From Octopus sinensis (taxonomy: Eukaryota): 64,000 nt of DNA. Below are positions 14,001 through 25,200 of the stretch, piece after piece; position 1 is the stretch's first letter; the number at the start of each line of letters is the position of its first letter. The notes under the pieces were generated by a model. It had not been told where the DNA came from, searched no databases, and saw only the letters and a program-made list of their open reading frames with translations. A program made the translations under genes and the position numbers. The stretch is taken from the NCBI RefSeq assembly GCF_006345805.1, contig NC_042997.1, positions 191,208,001 through 191,272,000 on the forward strand, read 5' to 3'.

Positions 14001-17000
14001 TGCCTTTGTTTTTACAAGGTTTCTTCTCTATACATTCATCTATGTCTTCTAAACAGTTGTTTCCTTTCATTCCTGTAAATGAACAATATTTTTAGATTTA
14101 TAAGTAAGGAATTTTCTTTTCGTTATTATTATTATTGCAAATACAGCAATGAAGATGAAAAAATACAAAAAGTGAAAAAATATTATTCCATACATATTTA
14201 TGAACTAATACTATTATTTATTTTATTACATTACATTTAATACACTGGCTATCTATCTGCGGCTTTATATAGCTATGGTACGGCCTCACCTGGAATTTGC
14301 ATCACCGGTCTGGAACCCCTATCTTGTCCAGGATATTAATCGTCTGGAAACTGTTCAGCGACATGCAACCAAGAGAATACTCTCCATCAAGCATTTGCCA
14401 TATTCTGAATGCCTTACTTCCCTGGGCATGGATACATTGAAACTCTGGCGTCTGGCATTGAAGCTCCGACGTCTGGCATTGAAGCTCCGACGTCTGGCAT
14501 TGAAGCTCCGACGTCTGGCATTGAAGCTCCGACGTCTGGCATTGAAGCTCCGACGTCTGGCATTGAAGCTCCGACGTCTGGCATTGAAGCTCCGACGTCT
14601 GGCATTGAAACTCAGACATCTGGCATTGAAACTCTGACGTCTGGCATTGAAACTCCAACGTCTGCCACTGTCATACAAGCAGTATCCTTCATATCCAATC
14701 TTTCGTGAGAAAACATACTTAATCATGTAAAAATATTGCACTCCATGGAAACAGTTCAACCCATGCAAGCATAAAAAGATGGACATTTAAAACAGTGTTG
14801 ATGATGTGTGTGCAGCTCCAGTTTCCATCATCATCATTTAACATCCATGTTTCATGCTGGCATGGGTTGGACACTTTGACAAGATCTGATGCCCCTAAGG
14901 AATGCATCATGCACCACTGTTTTGGCATGGTTTCTACAGCTGGATGCCCTTCTTAATGTTAACCAATTTACAGCATGTACCGGGTGCTTACTTTTTTTCA
15001 TGCTACCAGGTTTAGTGAGGTTACCATACAGCTTGCAAAACTATGAACCCTTTATGCTCGAAGATGAGGTAGGGAGGGTTTATAAGTATGAGACAAAAAG
15101 GGCCAGAACAAAACAGGTTTCTCTCTGTTGGGCAGCTACATGACTACTGACATCTTAGAAAAAAAGGTGGGGAGTGAGACTTATTTCAACATAGTCATGA
15201 CAATAGAAACCATTATCAAAGAAAATAAAGGTTAGTTGAATTAGAGGTTAAAATAATTGTCTAGGGATAGAAGTATCCATTACACTACTGGTATATTACC
15301 TCTGCTTAACCATGGGCATTCATATGCAAAGATATTATTCTTATAAATTATAGGTAAAGACAAGGATAAACATGGGTTTATCAAGAATCAGAATTTAAAG
15401 AAAACAGAAAATGAGAAGTACTAATGAATAGCAATTGATGACTTACATCAATTATTATTTATTAATTCAATGCAAATAGACTGCATCCCACCTAACAGCT
15501 GTTTCTGTTTCCAATATATTTTTGGTATTATCATAGATATGCAAAAATATTTATCTAAGAAAATATATTAAAAATTTACAAACCTATTGGACAGTCACAA
15601 TGATAGGAATTTATTTCATCAAAGCAAACTGTGCCATTTTCACAGGTCACATTTTTGCAGTCGTCAATATTATTTTCGCAGTTGACACCATCGAAGCCTA
15701 ATACACATGAGCAATTGTAGTCCCGGAACCGTTTTAGTGAAGAACATGTGGCATTGTTTTGACAAGGTTTAAATGAACATGCATCATATTCCTCACTGCA
15801 ATTCTTGCCCATCCATTCTGATGTGCAATTGCAAAAATAATCGTTCACTAAATCTTTACATTTTCCATTATTTTGGCAAGGGTTGATCAGACAGTCATTA
15901 ATATCTATACTGCAGTTTTTACCTGAAAATATAAGTTAAACAGTGTTATACAATATCTCTGAATAGAAGAATCGTCAAAAAGACATTTTAGTATTATTAA
16001 ACAGCAGTTGTGTGAAAAGAAAATCAACAAAAAGGAATAAAAGGTATTTTCAAAAGAAAATCTATTTTAAATATAAGTATTATGATTATGTTGTGAAGAG
16101 CAATGTAAGGGCCTTCCAAAATGACAAGCAGAAGAGTAGGGTCAACACAGATAATGGTTAACATTAATTTCTGTAGGGTCATGTCTGCAAGGACCTTATT
16201 CAGGGACCTTTTGAGCAGGATGGGCAACTCAACCTGAAGAAAATTCTAACTGGGACCCACTTGCAAAGTCATGCCCTGTTTATCTTGATATGAGGTTACC
16301 AAGTTGCACACACGTGGTTGTGATGTATGTGCCTAGTGTACCCTTATCAGATAGGTACATGATGGGTATACTGGGCTTTGTATGTTTTACCCCAGTGTCA
16401 CTTTGATGGCATGCACTGCTCTCTCGAACAGCAACAACAATAATAATAATACAGAAAATGTTCTTCTCAATATGACAGACTTGCTTGTCAGTTGTTTGAC
16501 TTTAACCAGTTAAACATGTCCCTTAGTGGCTGACGATATGTGTATCTCTGATCATGAGAAGTACTGGGGGAAATTATAGCCATGTGCTGAGAGGAATTTT
16601 GGGGTTTGAATAATTCACCCTTAGAAACATAGTCGTTTTCGTTCAACATCCTTAAACCTTATTCGGGGACCTTTGAGTGGGATTGGCTACTTGATCTGAA
16701 AAAAATTCCAAGTGGGACCCACTTGCAAAGTCATGCACTGTTTATCTTGATATGAGATCACCAAGTTGCACATATGCGATTGTGATGTATGTACCCTTAT
16801 CAGATGGTAGTCATGATGGGTGTATTGGGCTTTGTATATTTGTATCCCAATGTCACTTTGATGGTGTGTACTGCTCACTCACTCAATAATAATCATCATC
16901 ATCATCATCATCGTTTAATGTCCGTTTTCCACGCTAGCACGGGTTGGACCGGGGTCTGGGGAGCTAGGGACTGCCCCAGGCTCCAGTCTAGTCTGGCAGT

Positions 17001-17558
17001 GTTTCTACAGCTGGATGCCCTTCCTAACGCCAACCACTCCGCGAGTGTAGTGGGTGCTTTTTACGTGCCACCTGCACAGGTGCCAGAGGGGTCTGGCATC
17101 GGCCACGTTCGGATGGTGCTTTTTTATGTGGGGGGTGGGGTGCAGAAATATAGGGGAGCACCAGTGGGGAGGGGTGGTTCAGAGAAAAGATGACAGGTTG
17201 TAGGCAAGTAGAACATAGGATATCAAGAGAGGGGTAATGCATGGTGAAATAGCGTATTGAAGAGGGGGGTTCGAAGAGTAGACACCTATAATGGTGGTGG
17301 GAGAAGCGACATCCGGTATAGATGGAGCAAAAATAGAGATATCCGGTATTGGTGGTGGGGGTGGGCAGGGCGGGTGCACCGCGAATACACGAAGGTCGAT
17401 CATAGACGAGAGGAGAAATGAACAAATCAGACAAAATAGATAGATAGATAGAGAAATCAGATAAAATAGTTAGATAGATAGAGAGACATGTATGATCAGT
17501 CTAGGAGTGAAAGTAAGCATTCAAACTTATCTGTGCACGGGATTATATAGCTGGTAGA

Positions 17559-17595
<37 letters not shown>

Positions 17596-17597
17596 AG

Positions 17598-17640
<43 letters not shown>

Positions 17641-18618
17641 GGTGTGATGTACTGAATTGAATATTGAGAAAAAAGTTGTCAGAATTTTGGAAAAAAATCC
17701 CTCATTTCATCATTATTACTAGAGCTTTCGTTCCTCTCTAGAACTTGTATTTGACAAGTTCTAGAGAGGAACAAAAGTGCCAACAACAATGATGAAATAA
17801 AAGGACCTTCTTTCCAAAATTCTGATGACCTTTTACTGAAGATATCATTGTTTTCACATCTCCTTATCCATGCTTTCAAGGGCTAGGTACACTTCATAGA
17901 AGCAGATTTTCTTCCTCCCACCAACCCTTTCCAAGCAAGGAGATACACACACACACACACACACACACACATGATGTACTTCTTTCAGTTTGCATCTTCC
18001 AAATCCACTTACAAGTCTTTGGTTAGCCTGAAGCCATAGGAGGTACTCACCCAAGATTTTATGCAATAGGATTGAACCCGAAATCATGTGACTGGGAAGC
18101 AAGCTTCTTAAACACAGCCATACATATAAGTATATTTACAAGTGCACAAAACACACATATGTAACAAGGGCAATTCATCAAAAGTAAATATGACACAGAC
18201 AAACAGACAAATGGGTATTTGGACAGGTAAATAGATAGATAGGTAGGTAGGTAGAGAGATAGACTGACCTACAAAGAGACAGATTGACATAACTGGGCAT
18301 ATAAAATGAGAGAGAAAGAGAGAGAGATAGGGTGACATAGGATAAAAAAAGAGAAGTAAAAAAGTGTAAATAATAATAATAATATCAATAATAATAATGA
18401 TGGTTTAAAATTTTGGCACAAGGCCAGAAAGTTCAGGGAAGGAAATAAGTAGATTATATTAAGCCTAGTGGTCAACTGGTACTTATTTTATCAACCCCAA
18501 AAGGATGATAGGCAAAGTGAACCTCAGCAGCTTTTGAACTTAGAACAGAAAAACAGACAAAATACCACTAAGCATTTTTTCGAGTGTACTAATAGTTCTG
18601 CCAGTTCGCCACCTAATG

Positions 18619-18668
<50 letters not shown>

Positions 18669-19266
18669 CACCGTGATCACCGTGACCGACCAGGCCATCA
18701 GATGTTGTTACACATCGCTGGTCACAATGCGCTTCGCATTGTTTTAGCCTTCAAATGACGCCACCCCGCTGGCTAAGCGAGCAGGCCAACAGAAGAAAGC
18801 ATGAGAGAAAGTTGTGGCGAAAGAGTACAGCAGGGATCACCACCATCCCCTGCCGGAGCCTCGTGGAGCTTTTGGGTGTTTTCGCTCAATAAACACTCAC
18901 AACGCCCGGTCTGGGAATCGAAACCGCGATCCTACGACCGCGAGTCCGCTGCCCTAACCACTAGGCCATTGCGCCTCCACAATAATAATAATAATAAACT
19001 CTACCTTCATATCCAGGTACACAGGAACAATTGTAATCATTAAGAAGGTCTTTACATTGAGCACCATTCTGACACAGTCCCAACGAACATTCGTCAAAGT
19101 CCTTAGAACAGTTTACTCCAGTCCAGCCAGGAGTACAATTACATTTGTAGTCTTGTATCTGATAGAAAAATATAGTTTATAAAAAAAGATTAACAGTTGT
19201 TTTTAAACATATGTGCCTCTGTGTGTGTGTGTGTGTATGTGTGTTTATGTGTGTGTATATATATAT

Positions 19267-19298
<32 letters not shown>

Positions 19299-22200
19299 AA
19301 TATTAATTAGAGACAAAACCACTATTATGCAAATCAAACAAAGAAAGACTTAATCCAATACATAAAAAATTTTATATAAATTAAATATAATTAAATATAT
19401 ATTATATATATATATATATATATAATATATATAAATTAAATATAATAAATATATCTTAATTATATTTAATTTATATAAAATTTTTTATGTATTGGATTAA
19501 GTCTTTCTTTGTTTGATTTGCATAATAGTGGTTTTGTCTCTAATTAATATTATATTATATTTTACTATAAAATTGGATTCAATCCTAAATCTGATTTTTC
19601 CCTGTAAATTTGGATTTATTCCCTAATATTTATTATTATTATATATATATATATATTATATATATATATATAGATAAGGATAAGATCGTTAATTTAAAAT
19701 AAAATAACGAACCTATCAAGTGGTCAGCATGGAAAAAATAACCTTCAAAGGTAATAATTATTAAAATTATAAATTAAGGTACCTACGAGATACCACCATG
19801 CTAAAAATAGCAGCCATGAACCGACTCTAAAGCCACCTTAAGTTTTATATAAATATATATATGTGTGTGTGTGTGTGTGTTGTGTGTGTGTGTGTGTGTG
19901 TGTATGTGAACTTGCCTGCGTGCATATGTGCATGTGCCTGTGTGTGTAGATGTGAGATTACCTGTGTCTTATCATGATTTGGCAGGTGGTGAAATTTGGC
20001 AGTTCTTTCATGATTTGGCAGGTGGTGAAATATGGTAATTCTTAGTGGAAGAAGGAGCTTGTCTAGCTGATTGACAGAGAGACAGAATACAGAGACAGAT
20101 GGATAGAGACAAACCCTAGTTTGAAAATGAACATGCTGATATAAGCTCTTCTGGACATGCAATGATCATAACAACAACTAGCTGCTGTGACAATGTGTAT
20201 GTTGGCATTCAGCCATCGAGTCATGGTTGATGAGGGTGGAAAATATTAAGCGACTAGAATCCTTCGATCACCTCTGTCTATGCCGCATCCTTCATGTCCG
20301 ATGGCATTACTTTGTCTCTAACAATTCGATGCGACACCAGTGCAAAATCACCTCCCTCCGACAAGTCATCCTAATGAGATGTCTGCGTTGGCTGGGTCAT
20401 GCCCTTCGTCATCAACCAGAATTCATCTATGAAGCAATTGCCCCTGCTCCCCTTCAGGGTTGGCGAAAGCGATGTGGTGGACAACGAAAAACCTGGCCAA
20501 TGACAGTCAAGGCTGATCTGGAACCCAACCTAGGCCCCCATATCTATGGCGTTCGCCGCTGGAATAAGGAGTGGTTGGAGATCACGCGGTCGTTAGCTTC
20601 AAATCGCCAGCCCTGGTTGGCGTTTGTAAGAGATGCAGCATTGAGGATGAATAAAGCCAGCTCAAACCACCCCGGGCGAATGCTGTCTCAAGACAAGAAA
20701 GAAGTATGTTGGCATTAGTTAAGGCATCACACCTCAACAACAATATGCCTAGTGCCTATACATGATGTCTTGAGGTAGTTACAGTTAATTGTGGATCTAA
20801 AGCTTTAAAGAACAAGATGCAGCAAGCTGAATTCAATCAGTGGTTTGATATGATACAGTATTGTCAGGGCACTGGTTGGTGTAGAATGTTACATGTCATC
20901 ATCATTGTCAGCAAAATCACCATCGTTGTCACTATAATCATCATTATCATTCTAATGCCTACTTTTCCATGCTTGCATAAGTCAGACTGAATTTGTCAAA
21001 GCAAACTTTCTATGGCTGGATGGATGCCCTGCTTGTCTGCCAACCCTTGCCTGTTTCCGGGTAAGGTAATAATTCTCTATGACCAGACATGTTTCCATGA
21101 AATACTGGAAAAGAATGACACTGCATGTATAACAGTGAAACTCATTTACAACTATCATGTAATGAAGAGACAAGGAGAACCCAACACACGCACACACACA
21201 CACAGAGGCTATATATGAGGAGATTCTGGAAAGTTCCTAGATTTAAGGGTGTTGCAAAAAAAGCTGGTTGGAAGCCCAACCTACCGAGTTCTCTTAAATG
21301 GCTTAGAAAAATTGACGGACTGCTGTGGGTGAATCTGAGAGAGGAATTCTGAGACCCCCTTTGGTCACGACACAGACCATGGGATTGCACCTAGAAAGTT
21401 ACCCTCCAAGGCACAAGTCCGGGCAAGGATATTTATGGAAGACCAGCAGTCGCCCATGCATACCAGCCTCCCCTCTCCACACCACCAGTGTTATCCAAGG
21501 GAAAGACAAAGGCCGATACAGCTTGGCACCTGTAACGTCGCAACTCATTTCTACAGCTGAGTGAACTGGAGCAACGTGAAATAAAGCGTCTTGCTCAAGA
21601 ACACAAAATGCAGCCCGGTCCAGGATTCAAGCTCACAACCTCACGATCGTAAGCTCAATGCTCTAACCACTGAGCCATGGGCCTTTACGAGAGAGGAATA
21701 TATTGTATAAAATCATAATTAACTGATCCTCCTGTATTTACTTTTATCCAAAGCCAGGAACTTTTCAGCACCCCCTTGAGCATGTATGTGTGTGTATATA
21801 TTCTTTTTATTCTTTTACTTGTTTCAGCCATTTGACTGAAGCACCACCTTAAAGGGTTTTAGTCAAAGAAATCGACTCCAGGACTTATTCTTTGTAAAGC
21901 CTAGTACTTATTCTATTGGTCGCTTTTGCCAAACTGCTAAGTCACAGGGATGTAAACACACCAACAGTAGGTGTCAGGTGATGGGAACAAACACAAAAAT
22001 ACATATGTATTCTGTTTCTCTGTCAATCAGCTAGACAAGCTCCTTCTTCCACTAAGAATTACCATATTTCATCACCTGCCAAATCAAGAAAGAAGTGTCA
22101 TTTTCTCTATGATAAGACATGGGTAATCTCACATCTACACATACAGGCACATACAAGCACATGCATATATGCACGCAGGCAAGTTCACATATGCACACAC

Positions 22201-25200
22201 ACACACACACAGAGGCATATATATATATATATATATGATGGGCTTCTTTCAGTTTCCATCTACCAAATCAACTCACAAGGCTTTGGTCAGCCTGAGGCTA
22301 TAGTAAAAGACACTTGCCCAAGGTACCATGCAGTGGGACTGAACCCAGAACCATGTGGTTGGGAAGCAAGCTTCTTACCAAGCAGCCACACCTGCACACA
22401 CATACACACACACACATGCACACATACACACACACACACAACAGGCTTTTTCAGTCACTGTCTACAATATCCATCTGTTCACAAGTCTCTGGTTGACCTG
22501 GGACTATAGAAGACACTGACTCTAGATGCCACACAACAGGAGTGACCCTGAAGCCATATGGTTTATGCAGCATGGCCACAGCTCGTGAGCTGAAGCTAGA
22601 TAAAAAAATATATTAAATTTTAACTGTAGGCTCAATTGTAGAACATTAAAACGTTCAGGGTAAACTATTACATATTAGTATTCATTGTAAGTGAGTTAAG
22701 AAAAGGAGGTGAGAAGTGGTGAGATACAGTGAAACCCAAGGCCAATATGGGGAAAAAGAGTCGTTAAAGGTAAAAGAAGAGGATGGGGGAAGAGGAGAGA
22801 AAAAGTAAGGATGAAAGGGAAGTTTGAGAGGAAAAGAAGGAAGCGGGGTAAGAGGAAGAAGATGGAAAGAGAAGAGTTGAGAGGAATGGGATGGGTACGC
22901 AAGGAGAGTGAGGGAGGGTTTGGATGGAAGGTGGTGGGAGGAGAAGATGAGGACAGAAGGAGAGAAGAGGAAAAAGAAAAGGGGAAGAGGAAAAAGAGGA
23001 GCAAAGAAGGGGAGGGAGAAAAAGCCAAAAAGGAGGAGGAGGAAGAGGTTGTCATGAGAAACAACACACAAACTTACCAGATCAATGCAAACACCCCCAT
23101 TCTTGCAGGGTTTATCAGCACAGTCATCAATATTCGTGCTACAATTTCGATCCTTAAAACCTCCGGCACACTCACATGTATAGTTATTAATACCATCATG
23201 ACAACTGAAAGAACATCAAGAGATAAAAAAAAAAAACTTTACAAACTTTACATTCTCTCAAACACAAGAAAACATTATCTACAAAAATAAGTTACCCACA
23301 TGGCATTATTCTGGCAAGGAGTAGGTTCACAATCATCAATATTATTGTCGCAAGTGTTTCCATTAAAACCAAGGATGCAGTCACATTGAAATTTGTTCTC
23401 CAAGTTAATACAAGTTGCATTATTCTTACATGGATCACTGGCACATTCATCAATATCTTTGCAATCCTCTGCTGGACCTAGAAAATGTAGAATATAAAGG
23501 GAAATCTGGTTAAGAATTTAAGAGGAAATATTTTAAACCAAAGTGCATCATCATCATCATCATCATCATCGTTTAGCGTCCGTTTTCCATGCTAGCATGG
23601 GTTGGACGGTTCAACTGGGGTCTGTGAAGCCGGAAAGCTTCATCAGGCCTAGTCAGATCTGGCAGTGTTTCTACGGCTGGATGCCCTTCCTAACGCCAAC
23701 CATTCCGTGAGTGTAGTGGGTGCTTTTTACGTGCCACCCGCACAGGTGCCAGACAGAGCTGGCAAACGGCCATGAACGGATGGTGCTTTTTATGTGCCAC
23801 CGGCACGGGGGCCAGGCGAGGCTGGCAACGGACACGAACAGATGGTGCTCTTTACGTGCCACCGGCACGAGGCCAGTCAGGGCGGCGCTGGCAACAGTCA
23901 CGAATGGATGGTTCTCTTACATGCCACCAGCACTGGTAACACGTGAAAATAAATACTGAAAGTTTACATGGTCTTTGTTTCAATTAATTTTGAAATTAAT
24001 GATGAATTTATTAAATTAACTTTTATAATAACGAAGTTGATGCTTGGAATATGATTTAGTATTTTTAATTTTGATCACTTTAAAATATGTTTCTTTACTA
24101 GCCACACAGGGCTGAACACAGATGGGACAAATTACAGGGTAGAGCTTTTCTTTTTGGGGAGGAAAAAAAAAGTGGGGGTAGGTTTTCGATCAAAAGGGAT
24201 CGTAAAAGGGGGTGAAAAAATGATCAATAGGGATTGTGTATCACAGAAATGTCATGATGTAAAGTGATTCCTTTAAAATAGGAAGTTTACATCATAGAAC
24301 CAGAGGCAGTCTCAGGTGGGTTAGAATCAAAAGGGTTAATAAAATAAGTATCAGTAATATCCTAGTGATAACAATTCAATTCCACATCATTTTTGCAAGA
24401 GTAAAATAATAATGCAGTGCTATTTAAAATAAAATCAATAAAATAGGTGCAGGAATGGCTGTGTGGTAAGTAGCTTGTTTACCAACTACATGGTTCCGAG
24501 TTCAGTCCCACAGCGTGGCAATTGGGCAAGTGTCTTCTACTATAGCCTCGGGCCGACCAAAGCCTTGTCAGTGGATTTGGTAGACGGAAACTGAAAGAAG
24601 CCCGTCGTATATATGTATATATATATATATATATATGCGTGTGTGTGTTTGTGTGTCTGTGTTTCTCCCCCTAGCATTGCTTGACAACCGATGCTGGTGT
24701 GTTTATGTCCCCGTTACTTAGCGGTTCGGCAAAAGAGACCGATAAGATAAGTACTGGGCTTACAAAAAATTAAGTCCCGGGGTCGAGTTGCTCGATTAAA
24801 GGCAGTGCTCCAGCATGGCCGCAGTCAAATGACTGAAACATGTAAAAGAGTAAAGAGTGAAATAATGTTGTCCAATGTTAACAGTCAAAGAGAATCACAG
24901 TAAGTTTTAATTAGATAATCAGAGAGGAAGCAAGTTTCATAGACTGGGAGAGTGGTGTACAAGCTTGATGATGACAATGATGGTGATGATGGCAGTGGTG
25001 GTGATGAGTTTATGGTATACAGAGCTCAAGGCGGCAAGCTGGCAGAAACGTTAGCACGCAGGGGCGAAATGCTTAGCGGTATTTCGTCTGCGTTACGTTG
25101 TGAGTTCAAATTCCGCCAAGGTCGACTTTGCTTTTCATCCTTTGGGGTTCAATAAATTAAGTACCAGTTACGCACAGGGGTCGATGTAATCGACTTAATA

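Noticed and set aside
14275-14708. Repetitive proteins from ORFs 14275-14637, 14302-14658, 14409-14708 and others
   Set aside because: These are artefacts of a 21-bp stop-free tandem repeat inside a LINE remnant.
18900-18980. Functional tRNA gene
   Set aside because: The tRNA-like head continues into a multi-copy body and tail with no acceptor-stem closure or T-run terminator, so it is a SINE.
22682-23290. Charged or hydrophobic ORFs of 123-159 aa
   Set aside because: These are translations of a low-complexity purine tract; the real exon there is 23078-23204 on minus.
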